Source of the DNA: Octopus sinensis
Lineage: Eukaryota
DNA length: 64,000 bases
Reading direction: 5' to 3'
Assembly (NCBI RefSeq): GCF_006345805.1
Contig: NC_042998.1
Span: 75,330,001 to 75,394,000, forward strand
Under the pieces are notes generated by a model, which saw only the letters and a program-made list of their open reading frames with translations, was not told the DNA's origin and made no database searches. The translations under genes were made by a program, and so were the position numbers. Position 1 is the stretch's first letter; every line of letters begins with the position of its first letter. This document shows positions 13,733 to 26,300 of this stretch, one piece after another.

Positions 13733-14280
13733 GTCAGGTCACTTTCGAGTGCTACTAGTAACATGTAACCCAGTACAACCTGTTGCATGGTAGGGTCGTC
13801 GGCGACTAAACCGGAAACCCCACCAGGCTTGCTTAGTGAGGAAGGTGTTTACTGGTTACCCTGCGAGATGAAAAGCAAAACCCGTCAAAGGGCGGAGGAG
13901 CTCTTGAGAGTCAACGGCCATCCAATAAATGTCTTAAGGCTGTATCATGTGCGGGGACATAGAAATAATCGGACTGAATACCCGATCGCGCGGTTAAACC
14001 ATTGGGAGTGAAGGACTCCTAGACTTTGTTAGGGCATCCTTCTAGGAGAAGGTAACTCAGGTAATTGGGATAACTCCGAAATAAAACTTGCGGCTCAGTG
14101 GTTACCGATGATGTTGACTTGTTCTTCTTTTCGGATTATGGCTGATGTTGCTTGTGGGATTGACTCAGTGCACAGCCTTTCTTCACTTTAAAATAAATCT
14201 TCTTGCACAGGCATTGCACGATAACAGCATTGATTAAGCTTCGTGCAATGGCCATATTCGATAACAAGGGGCCAACCACC
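13733..14280 (+). mobile_element. Probable RTE-clade LINE 5'UTR-derived or non-autonomous element
   Basis: GC-richer island between microsatellites; GGGCATCCTTCTAGGAGAAGGTAACTC resembles a motif I recall from RTE 5' regions; no ORF2 follows. Confidence 0.4.
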
Positions 14281-14958
14281 ATATATATATATATGTGTGT
14301 GTGCGTGTGTGTGTGTGTATGTGTGTGTGTGTGTGTGTTATGTATGTATGTATCTATGTATGTATGTATGTATGTATAAAAGTACCAATAAATGTTATAA
14401 ACCTCCTTAAAGGATAGTAAAATCCAATGAAAATGCTGGTTAGTTATCTATACAAAGAATGATGAACGTTACAATTAATATTCAACTGTAAGGTAACTAT
14501 ATGAACTGTGGTTTATATATATTTATTTATTTGAATAAAATAAGAAAATAGAGAGGCAATTAATAAATTATTATTTATTAATTTTAAAAAATGACAACAT
14601 CCCTCAGCGGAGGGCCCACATCTCATATAAGAACATGCATCCTGTCCAAACTGCATTTATATTCCCTTTGAGAACACCTTTCTGGGATTTCTTGATATCA
14701 TTCATATACTTGGCATATACTTGCAATGCGATAGATCGGTGTCTCTGTCATCTTAAGAGGTAATCATGAATCCTTAACATTATCGCAACAACATCCTTTT
14801 GCACTCTCCCTATCTGTTTGTATAGTCTCCTATAGTTTTATTGCTTCATATTTGTTTGAATGTTGTGCTAACAACAGTAACAGTTCTGACCAATGTTGCT
14901 TATTTGAGTTTCCCAGAACCTTTCAATTTTCCTCCAATTTTTAGAACATTTTATTAAT

Positions 14959-15074
14959 TGGAGTGGCTGTGTGGTAAGTAGCTTAATTATCTGGCACCTT
15001 GGGCAAGTGTATTCTCGGGCCGACCAAAGCATTGTGAGTGGATTTAGTAGACGGAAACTGAAAGAAGCCCGTCG

Positions 15075-15130
<56 letters not shown>

Positions 15131-15298
15131 TATGTTTGTCCCCCAACCATCACTTGACAACCGATGCTGGTGTGTTCACGGCCCCATAAATCAGCGGTTC
15201 GGCAAAAGAAACCGATAGAATAAATCCTGGGGTCTATTTATTCTACTAAAGATCGTGCTCCAGAATGGCCGCATTCAAAGGACTTAAACAAATAAAAG
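14959..15298 (+). mobile_element. SINE family B, near full length with internal (TA)n(TG)n
   Basis: GAGTGGCTGTGTGGTAAGTAGCTT head, GTAGACGGAAACTGAAAGAAGCCCGTCGT, microsatellite, then a 3' half matching 4512-4740. Confidence 0.85.
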
Positions 15299-16869
15299 TG
15301 TAAAAGTGTAAAAGAGTAATCATCCTGACGACTATAGCCCATTTATCTTGTGACCTCCTTTTTTCCCTCCATGGACGTGTGAGTGAGGTCTAGTCATCGT
15401 GTATACGTTGTTTTTCTTTGATTTCTCAACTTTAGGTAAGCACTACTTCTTAAACCACATATCACCTATTGAACGTCATTTCCCCTTGACTGTACCTAGC
15501 TATTAACTTTGGATACCCTTCACACACAACATATTTCCTTCCACATCGTATATCGTCTAAACTATGCTCACCACCTCACTTTGGCTTTTTCTGCCTTCCC
15601 CTGACATCCCAATCTCGAGGTCACTTCTATTATCTACTTCTTTGTTTTATGCCCACGACTGTTTTGAGTCCTAGTCGTAAGAACTGTTTCATTTTAATTT
15701 TTTTTTCCATGCAAACGTTATTCGTCTTTCTTTTATCGTGGGATGAAATATACTCCACTATTTGAATTATATGCATTACTTATACTAGCAGAAACCGCTA
15801 CAAGTTCTTCAGATTTTACTATTTTACTATCGTAAACCAGGAAATTACTTTTGAATTCCTCGCCTATAGAAATTCGAAATACTTCCAAGTGGAAAATCTC
15901 GAGCTAATAGCACAAGAGTTTGAAGTTAGTTTTCCTCTATGTTGAGCTATCTTTTATCACATACATAAACTCGGCAGTGATATTTTTTTTCACTGATCTT
16001 TAACACCTTTTAGCTCAGACGAAAGAAAGTGGTTTCAGCATGAGATGTAATTATCTACGAGTAACTGTTATTGTAAAATACGTCCATGTCACATTATCTA
16101 CCATAGATTGTAGAACTAAGAAATGTATAGAAAAAGTAACTCGAACTTACCTATCTACGCTATAAGACAGCTGCAAATATTCTTTCAGAGGTATATAATC
16201 ATCATACACAATATGAAAACTAGATTTTTATTGCTAATTAACTTTTGACATAATGTTAATAAAACATTGGTATAACCACTTCTAGTCACTAGCTTTTCTA
16301 GGACAATGATTAAATTTATAGATTTATCAAATCTACGCGTATCATTAATAAATAAGTGGACGCCGTTTACTTATAGTTTCAATTTTCAACTTGATTTACT
16401 TCATCTCATATCCTTAATATTCTTTTAAAAAATTAACCCGAATGTCATAGCCTTTCATATTCTTTCTACACATAAAACTCAAGGTTCCTCTCTCCGGAAG
16501 AAACAATTATTAAGAATTCTTTTGATATCCCATTTGATCGTTTTCATTTTTAAAATGGTATCTTAGAGTTCGATTTTTCCCTTTTAGAGATGTAATTTTA
16601 TAGAAAGTGATATTTTTCTAATTTCAAATGTTGCGCAACTTTGATGTTTAATAAACCATACTAAAACGTATAAATCATAGAAGATATCATAGCTTTGTTC
16701 TCTTTCAAAAATATTTATTGCTGAAATGTTCAAAGACACAGTTTCATATTATAAAATATTACATCGATATAAAGCTAACTAAAGTGATTGCAAAACATGA
16801 AAGGGTTGAGAAATCATACTTCCGTTATGTGGCCAGTGCAGCTGTGTATACAAACACACATACGTATAT

Positions 16870-16877
16870 ACATACAA

Positions 16878-16918
<41 letters not shown>

Positions 16919-16991
16919 CATACATACATATATATATATACATACATACATATATATATATATATACATACATATATCTGTATGTATGCAA

Positions 16992-17048
<57 letters not shown>

Positions 17049-17094
17049 CATATATATATATATACATACATACATACATACATACATACATACA

Positions 17095-17130
<36 letters not shown>

Positions 17131-17162
17131 TATATACATACATATATCTGTATGTATGCAAG

Positions 17163-17213
<51 letters not shown>

Positions 17214-17225
17214 CGTATGTATGTA
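16870..17225. repeat. Compound (TA)n/(TACA)n microsatellite array
   Basis: Direct reading; source of the YI/HTYI pseudo-ORFs. Confidence 0.95.
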
Positions 17226-17954
17226 TCATTCTGATTAAGAAATATTACTGTTGAATATTTATGTTATATTATATAAGAAGTTTTATATGCACACTAAAAT
17301 ACGCATATTCCATAGTTTTTTACTGCCTGATTTTGACCCTTTTTCACCTAAGTTTTTGTTGTTTTTTTGTTTGTGTTTGTTGTTGTTTTTGCAATAGGTT
17401 CTGTTTTTTTTGCAATAGGTTTCTAAATGCATGTTACCATTCCCCGTATTTTATTTATATTCTTAAAACTGCAGGCATTGATTACATTTGAAATTTGACA
17501 CACAACTACTTTTGATGTACCTTTTGTCGTTGACGACATAGAGAACAACGTCAACCTTATGTCAAGCTGAAGCATAATCAAAAATCTCTTAAATATATAT
17601 ATTATTAAGGCATAGAACATCTACAACTGTATCAACTAGTGTCAGTTACATTTTCAAAGATTATGGGGTATAATATTTAAGAAACATTTAGCTACCATAT
17701 CTAGTTGGTTTACTGACGGGGCGGCGTTTGTTTTTGCTTATTTATATCTGTGGCATGCATCCATGTGATACACAACCATGTTTCTGCTTCATTGTGGATC
17801 ATGTTTTATTGTGTGGATTAGAGTTAGATAACGTGTGTTCACTGTACACCTCCATTGTCCTGCTTGTTGCAGTTGCCATAGCAGATCTGGAATATATAGA
17901 CACGGCTGGAAAGCAAGGGTTACTGTTATTTTATATTAATTATAATGATTTATG

Positions 17955-18430
17955 AAGGAGCATGGCTCATCAGTTAGAGCGCGGACTCACAATCATGGGG
18001 TAGCGAGTTTGATTCCCAGACCGGGTTGTATGTTGTGTTCTTGAACACGACACTTTACTTCAGAAATGAGTTGCGACGCCACTGGTACCAAGCTGTACCG
18101 GCCTTTGCCTTTCCCTAAGATACCATCGGTGGCGTGCAGAGGGGAGGTTGTTAAGCATGAGTGACTCTGGTCTCCCATAAGCAACTTAGCCCGGAGCTTG
18201 TTTGTTTGTTTGTTTGTTTGTTTGTTTGTTTGTTTGTTTGTTTGCATGTATGTATGTATGTATGTATGTACGTACGTACGTACGTACGTATGTATGTATC
18301 GAGCTTTGCCTTTCCTTTGACGTAGCATGGAGTGGGGAGGTTACATGGGCGACTGTTGGTCTTGAATAAACAAACTTACCCGAACTTGTGCCTTGTAGGG
18401 TAACTTTCATGACCGAAGGAGGTCTTTATC
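17955..18430 (+). mobile_element. tRNA-derived SINE (family C) with internal (TTTG)n/(TATG)n
   Basis: A-box-like TGGCTCATCAGTTAGAGC and B-box-like GAGTTTGATTCC (18005-18016), followed by GTTGTGTTCTTGAACACGACACTTTAC; internal block CTTTGCCTTTCC ... GGGGAGGTT is repeated on both sides of the microsatellite. Confidence 0.7.
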
Positions 18431-20003
18431 CTTTACCCTATAGTAGTAACATACAGAGACTCTCGATGATTAAATGACTATCAGAGAATGAAATACAGAT
18501 TTTCTAATCATTTTAGTTAGATTATGAAGGGCAGATTCTCTAAACATTTTGCTGGAACCCGTGAGCGGTGGTAGAAGCGGAATAAATTATACTTATACCG
18601 CATAGTTGACCCAGATATTTGAAACGGCCTGAATACCACTAGAGTTATCCTAGAGCCAGATTGTGCTGTTAAGCTGTGCGACGTTCTACAACCGAAAATG
18701 ATGGTAGTTGTTCGTCTGGCTTGAGTCGGAGGAATTGAGCTTGTTTTGGTTTATAATCATAATACTGCAATACTCTTCTGAGAATACTGAAGTTGTTTTG
18801 TTGTATTTGGACGTAATTTTACATCTACCGTCAAAAATCATGTAGTATGTTTCTTACTGCGACATTCATCTCTGTTTACAAATAATAGTTATCTTTTAGT
18901 ATATCGATGTGAAGTGTATTATTTTAAGCTGTATGTATTTTATTGTGATTTATCTACCATTCTGAATCTCTCTAAAATTACAACATGCGATGTACCCATT
19001 GCTTGATTCTATCCTAATCTGTTCAATGAAGGATGTGATTCAATTATATATCCAACATTACATTACATACATGCCATTTGAAAAAATCTATATCTAGATA
19101 GTTAAGAGTATTTATATCTCCATCTCACTTAAGTATGATTTATTAAATACAAACTCAAATATAAGCACTAATACGTACATATAAACACATCATACAGATA
19201 ATTATGCGATTTCGAATATATGAATGTGTGTGTGTGGGTGTGTGTATGTATGTATTTGCGTGCATGTATGTGTGTGCCAGCACTTTTTAGTAAAGATTCG
19301 AAATTTACTTAACAAAAAACTCTTGCTCATATATGAATCCTCGGCAATTTCGAGAAGGAAAACGGTTATTCTTCTGCACCAGAATCTCTAAAAGCATATT
19401 GATCATGTGGTGCATATGGAAATAATTGCGATATCGTTAATCATAATAACATCCTCGAGGAATAAATTTAGGTTCGGTATGTTCCAATTATTGTACGTCA
19501 TTTCAATCTGTGAAGCGTCAATTTTAAAATTCATATCTTTTTTAATATAACTATTTTACAAAACTTTCCGAGATAACCGAGGCTTCATATAACATTTCCA
19601 TTCAAATATTCTGAGTGCTGAGTTCTATCTATACGTTGATTGATAGAATAGTTACAATGTACGTTTGATTATTACGAAGACCCAGGCTCGATTCCTCTTT
19701 TAAAAGCAAGTTACTTTTATAATTGCTTCATATAGATCGAAATTTTTGTGGATGAAATTGGATAGACGAAGACTTTGAGGAAACCTACTGGATGGATTGT
19801 ACATGTAAAGTTTTTATCTCCCTGTGTTTATCTCCCTGAAGATTATATCAATAATATTTCTGTCTGTGGAATTCTCCGTTACATACACGTTATTTCAATT
19901 ATCGACCAACTGAACACTCAGCCCCATAACCGACGGAGGTTGATATAAGTTAAGCATATCTATAGTAAGACAAACGTATGAGATGCTATTTATGTATATG
20001 TGC

Positions 20004-20218
20004 AAGGTGGCGAGGTGACAGAAACGTTAGCACACTGGGCGAAATACTTGGCAGTACGTCGTCTGTCTTTTTGTCTTGAGTTCAAATTCCGCCGTGGTCG
20101 ACTTTGCCTTTCATCCTTTCGGGGTCGATAAATTAAGTACCAGTTGCGTACTGGAGTCTATCTCATTGACTGGCCCGCTCACCCTAAATTTCGGACCTTG
20201 TGCCTAGCGTAGAAAATT
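20004..20218 (+). mobile_element. SINE family A, full length
   Basis: AAGGTGGCGAGGTGACAGAAACGTTAGCAC ... GAGTTCAAATTCCGCCGTGGTCGACTTTGCCTTTCATCCTTTCGGGGTCGATAAATTAAGTACC ... CCTTGTGCCTAGCGTAGAAA. Confidence 0.9.
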
Positions 20219-20356
20219 ATATATGTACATGTATATGTGCATGTGTGTGTTGGTGTGTGTATATATATATGCATGTGTGTATTATATATTGTGCATGTAT
20301 TGATATATGCACGTTGTAATACGCAAAGCATTTATTTGTTTTATCCCTATTACTAA

Positions 20357-20391
<35 letters not shown>

Positions 20392-20426
20392 TGTATGTAT
20401 GTATGTATGTATGTATGTATGTATGT

Positions 20427-21515
20427 ATGGCGACTGAATAAGGGGAATTTTTCTTGTGTTATTTGGCCTGTACTCTATTTTTCGTTGTTTAAGAAAAATG
20501 TCCAGTTCCTTGGTTTTGTGTTTATGTTTTCGTTGCTCATTGTGTTCGACGTTTTTTAGGTGTCCTGTACCCACATATGCATGTATATATACATATAGAT
20601 GTAGGTACGTATATATATGTATGTATATATGCATATGTTTTATTTATTAATTTGTTATTGCACGACAGAACGCACGCATCCATTTCTAAGTAAGTTTGTT
20701 CTTAATATTAATACTGATGCGCACTCTTAACATTTCTGTCCCCCTCCCTTTCTCAGCCTTCTTTCTTTCTGGTTTCCTTTTCTTCTACCTTACTGTCTCT
20801 CCCTCCTTCTCTCTCATTCTTCATTATTTCTGGTTTTCTCTACAACCATTCCTCTTTTTTCTCTCCCTTCCCTTTCTCTTACTCCTCCTCCCTTGTCCAG
20901 TCGCTGGTCAGCGATGAGGAAACTACTGTCTTTTCTGACCTTGCTTCCCCCGAGTGTAGACGGCATTTTCTGTGGCTCCTTCGCCGTTCTCAAAAATAGC
21001 GTTCGTAAAAATTTTATCTCGTTTGGCTTAACAGCCCTTCTTGTCTGTGTTACTGTTATTCTCCCTGTCCTGTCTTTTACTGTTTATATTTATATACTGT
21101 CTTTACTGTCCCGTTTTTGTTACCATTTTTACCCCACCGCAAAAAAATCTCAAATTTTATTTAATTTGCTTTTTGAGGGAAGAAACGTTTCAGCCGAAGT
21201 CGCGTCTCGCCTTCACCTTCGAGACGCGGAGTAGATGAAACCATGGCGACTGAAGACGGGGAATTTTCCTTGTGTTATTTGTCCTGTACTCTATTTTTTC
21301 GTTGTTTAAGAAAAATGTCCAGTTCCTTGGTTTTGTGTTTATGTTTTCGTTTCTCATTGTGTTCGACGTTTTTTTGGTGTCCTGTACCCATATATGCATG
21401 TATATATACATGTAGATGTAGGTACGTACATATATGTATGTATATATGCATATGTTTTATTTATTAATTTGTTCTTACACGACAGAACGCACGCATCCAT
21501 TTCTAAGTTTGTTCT
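20427..21515. mobile_element. Element bounded by ~275-bp direct repeats (LTR/pLTR-like), non-coding interior
   Basis: 20427-20702 and 21243-21515 are near-identical direct repeats starting ATGGCGACTGAA; flanked by (TATG)n and (TA)n. Confidence 0.65.
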
Positions 21516-21536
21516 AAATATATATATATATATATA

Positions 21537-21838
21537 TTTCATTCTACACGTGTTTCGAAAGGCACAAATTACCAAAATCCGATTGAATAATGGGACCATA
21601 TTGTGTCTTTCTCTTCAGGAAGAAAAAAGGAAATCCGTTGGAAAAACACTGCGTTCAGCTCCATTTCTTCAATTCACCAATAATGTTTTAATTTCAATTA
21701 TCCGCACCAACGCACGGTTGCAACACCACATGGTTGTACCTCCAACCGTGCTGTTTACTGCTGTGATTTTTGCTACTAAGGTATCGGTTAAACTTTTGAT
21801 TAATCTACTACAAGATTATTCATCTTTCTATTTCACAT
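21537..21838. mobile_element. Miniature PLE 3'-end copy with 5' inversion, carrying a hammerhead on the minus strand (21537-21626)
   Basis: 21537-21648 matches 49212-49322 in the same orientation; 21649-21838 is the reverse complement of ~49002-49191; (TA)n on both sides. Confidence 0.85.
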
Positions 21839-21845
21839 AATATAT

Positions 21846-21906
<61 letters not shown>

Positions 21907-22142
21907 GTATGTAAGAATATGTGTGTGTGCATGCGTATGTATATATCTATGTACATGCGTGTATAAATGTGTATTAGTGTGTGTGTCTGTGTATGCGCGC
22001 GCCATTGTGTAAAACAATAGCAATACAAAATATATACAAAAAAATGTGAATCATTCTTTACCTATGTTGTTTTTTAGCTGAAAGCCACTATATACATACA
22101 TACATACATACATACATACATACATACATACATACATACATA

Positions 22143-22395
22143 CATTCTGATGATCTCACTACTGATGTGTTCTCTCAACGGGATACCAAGCATTGACCTT
22201 TCCATGGCTCTTTGAGCCGTTACCAGCTCTTCTCTGCTCTTCTCCCGTTGTTGTAGCCCATGTTTCACTACCATAAAACATTGCAGATAGAACTGTACTG
22301 TTGATGAGGTTGACACGGGTGGTCCTGTCCAACCTTCCGTTGAGCACATTCCTTATGCCATTAAACGCCTTCTCTCCAACAATAATATCTAGCCA
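22143..22395 (-). mobile_element. RTE-clade LINE RT C-terminal fragment
   Basis: RVNLINSTVLSAMFYGSETWATT ... LVTAQRAMERSMLGIPLREHISSEIIR, typical of the RTE post-RT region. Confidence 0.85.
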
Positions 22396-23725
22396 ACAAT
22401 ATCTTGCCAACAATAATATCTAGCCGTGTTTTGTACACTGTCTTCATTAATTACTAAGTGTATATATTGTTGTGTTTGGTTTAATTGTGTTTCACTGTGT
22501 AGCACAATACCAGTGGTCTTATTCATTCACCTTTTGCTTTTCTCTAATTTGCATTTCTCTAATCTGGATCTTGTATCTACTTTTATATGCAATCAATTTC
22601 AGCGTACAAGTTGAGGCTGTTAACCCTTTTAACTGTGTACTGAATGATATGTTTGGATTTTTAATGTTTGTCATTGTTTGTGTTGAGATGAGACTAAAAC
22701 TTTAGGATTTATTGCTTCATTTAGTCGGCTAACAAAATCCCTTGCAGAAAATTACTTTTATGTGGTAAAAGAGCAATGCACTTTATTACATTTCAACCAA
22801 TGTATTATATAATCCTTATCCTTTAAAATTATCGTCGATTTTAATTTTAATTTGGTTTTTATGTAAACGACGTTAAAGAGAACAGTGTCAGCCTGGCATT
22901 TTTAATATTTTCTGTGTTATTATATGTATTAGTAATAACACAGGCAGTATTAAGGAATATCTTAGATGAAAATAAGGGGAGGACAGAAATTGTCTGGCAA
23001 CAGCAGAGCTAGCAACAACAACAACAGCTGGTCCCAGAAGATTGCTGTGTCCAGAGAATCTCCAGTCACATCAACTGTTACAGCTCCAAGGATGGCGGAA
23101 AATTTACTCAGCTTCAGTGGCAGGAATCGAAGTCCAGGTCTCCTCTCTTCCAGCAAGTACAAGTAGCGTCACACATTGTCATATTGTTATAAGGGGAAAC
23201 AAAGGAGTGAACGGGTTTACAAATTTTCGATTTTGTGCAAAGTACACAAAAAGAACCCCTTTTCGAAAAGGCAAACTCTACCACGAAAGAAGACAAGTGG
23301 GTGAAACACCGTCCACCAACCCTAGAAGAGTCCAAGGTCATAGAACCTGCCACGTCTGGCAATCCATGGAGTTTACAGTAATGAGGATCTCAAATTTTGA
23401 TGAATTTCTTGAATATCTGGCGGGAATGGAATAGAAATGAGTTGGTGAGAAGATGAGGTAAAGAATTATTAACATGTAGTTGAGAATCTGAGAGAAAAAA
23501 GCGAAAATTTCAATTTTTTGTGAGTTGTATCGGTGTTATTAGAGAGAGGCACATGTTATTACTTCGCATTCGAATCCCAAACCTCCTTTCACGAGCGTTT
23601 GGAGTGAAGATTTATAGGTACCATGGGATACATATACAGTCAAATTTGTGTAGAGCGCTAATCTAACTAGTCAACTTCTAAAAGGTTTTGCAATTTCTAA
23701 TAATGATATCGAATTCCTCATTCAG

Positions 23726-23823
23726 TTTCCACCTTGTTCGCATAAAAAAGAAAAACACATATTACCATGTAGACGTGTATATTCAAAAATACAAGATGAT
23801 CATATTTGGAATGAATTTGATAC
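23726..23823 (+). other. Candidate 98-nt host exon (unidentified)
   Basis: TTCCTCATTCAG acceptor and GTAAGT donor; two frames are open, one reading FPPCSHKKEKHILPCRRVYSKIQDDHIWNEFD. Confidence 0.3.
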
Positions 23824-25149
23824 GTAAGTTTATTAGGGATTACTTGTCTCTAAACAACAACAGCAACAGTATTGTTCAATTTCCCTGTGAGGGTTTTTCC
23901 AGAGCATAAATTTTCATATTGCTGGGGAAAATATTTGACATTAGCAACAGTTAAAGATATTGAGCATGTTTTCCTTTTACGTAACTAAGATAATTTTGAT
24001 TTACTTGGACAAATGCATTTGAGAATATATTTTGTGAAGAAGAAAAATAAATTACGTTTCAACAGAGTTTTCCTGCTTACCGGTGTAAAATAGATACGAT
24101 TTTCTAGTTACACTTTATGTTACTTGTATTTGCATATAATCAGTTATTCTTATAGTGGTATGGTAATTGTATTGCTGTGGTTTATTGATGACAACTAATT
24201 TTAATAGGAACTGTTGTTACGTTTAAGTAATCTTAATACAGGTTTTCACGATAAAACTGTGTGAATAGCAATTAGATTTTCTTTCCATTCCTAACAATCG
24301 TTTACTTAACAGTAAATGCTATATAGGGTATTTTCGAGAAATATTTTGCTGAACAAATACAAACTGATTATTTAAGTTTTCGAACGCCATTAATACAAAC
24401 GTATATTGGATTGTCTTTTTAAATGCCTCTGTCATGTTAACAGGTGCGTTTCTAAAAAGAATTTCTATTCTTAACCTGTTTTCTGCCATTACTTTCCAAT
24501 AAATGCAGCAGATACAGGTTTTCTGTCAAGGAAATAAAGAGTTTGAAAACCATCATCTGTAGCCTAATCAATTCTCTGAGTGCATTGCTTAAATTGAAGA
24601 AAATAAATGAATAATACATTAACTTAGGGAAACAATTCATTCCACATAAAGAAGATAACAAACACTAAATATCGATCAAATCACGAGTATGTAATGTTCG
24701 ATTTTCAGGGTTATATCAGAAGCAATATATTATCAGGTGTTGAAGTGATGTGCAATGCGGGAGAAAACACTCGATCCACGTGGGTTAGTTTGTTTCTTAT
24801 GGTTTTTATTTTTCGTTATCGAAGTTTACATTGCAAACAATAATATATCGAATAAGGAAACATAGTAATAAATTAGTAATCATAATAGCAACCTACTGAA
24901 TCTGTTAATATTATATATTGCCGAAGTTATTAATATCTTTGCTATTGCTATTTATCATAAAATGGAACGCAATCAATATCTAAGATATCGATTGCTTGGT
25001 ATAATTTGCAATGAATTAACATAGAAGAGAGAGGAAATATTAACAAAACCCTGACTTCTGAAGTTAATGATTAATGTGGGAGGATTATTACCCGATATTT
25101 CATATGTTAGATAGAGGGACTTCAAATATTTTCTTTGGAAGTTATGTGT

Positions 25150-25160
25150 TTGTATATATA

Positions 25161-25235
<75 letters not shown>

Positions 25236-25291
25236 ATATATCATATTATATTATATTATATTGTATTACATTATATTGTATTATATTATAT

Positions 25292-25330
<39 letters not shown>
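25150..25330. repeat. (TA)n / (TATTA)n microsatellite array
   Basis: Direct reading. Confidence 0.9.
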
Positions 25331-25331
<1 letters not shown>

Positions 25332-26300
25332 TAAGCTGACCTTGTAGGATTTACACAGTAAAACTCTCAGACGTTCTTTGGAACATGATTTTAGTTTGGA
25401 ATATTCAACATTATTTTCTATCTATGCTACTTTTTCTGCTAAGGAGCGACTGTCAGGGAAAAGCTCAGAGGAAATTTTAATATTATATATGTAGACGTTT
25501 TATACCACTCATATGCTATTTTAGTCCGTGCTCAGTATTTTGATTCATGCTTTAGATAACATACATTTAACTCATCTCTATAAACTTCATTATATAAAGA
25601 AATAACTCATGAGCAAAATCAATACCCATAATATGATACTATAAGAAAAATGTTTACAATTTTTGCTACAGATGCTCGTACAAATTGAAACTTAGACAAT
25701 TCTAGCATTTGGCGATGAATCTGAATTTCTTGTCAGCTTGCGTATCCTGATCTGATTAATGTCTTCAAATAGCATATCTAACCAACTTGGTTATTTTATC
25801 GAGAATTCTGAATAACAAGCCATCACCAAGACCATCTCAAAACTGATTCAGAATTATAACTTACCATTTATTATATGAAAGGATGATTATTAGTGGTAGC
25901 CATAACATGAACTAATTCCGTTCCAAATAGAATAGGAAATGTTATAAATCCATATTTAGAATCGCAAATTATTTGTTACGGGTTATGTCTCTACTACAGA
26001 TGAACAATAATAATCTCAAGCCCTTAATACAAACCAGCACTTATATAAGCGTTTCACTGCAATGGATATATTTACTTATTCAATCGATACAATCCTCTGA
26101 ATTACATTGAACATAATTACCAAAATTAGCGTTTGAAACGGTATTTTTTTCTATCAGTATGTAACTAGTGAGTTTCTCACATAACTATATCTCTCACTTC
26201 GAAGTGTTTCCTATGCAATTGTCTTTTCGTTCAATATTTCAGACTTCAAAGCTCTAACAACCTCTGCAATCTGTGTAAGACTAACTTTCATAGCATACAT

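Noticed and set aside
17955-18030. tRNA gene
   Set aside because: A/B-box-like motifs only, no cloverleaf, and continues into SINE body.
21250-21275. CTGAAGA + CGGGGAA/TTCCTTG stem at the start of the direct repeat
   Set aside because: Not followed by GAAA; the other copy reads CTGAATA.
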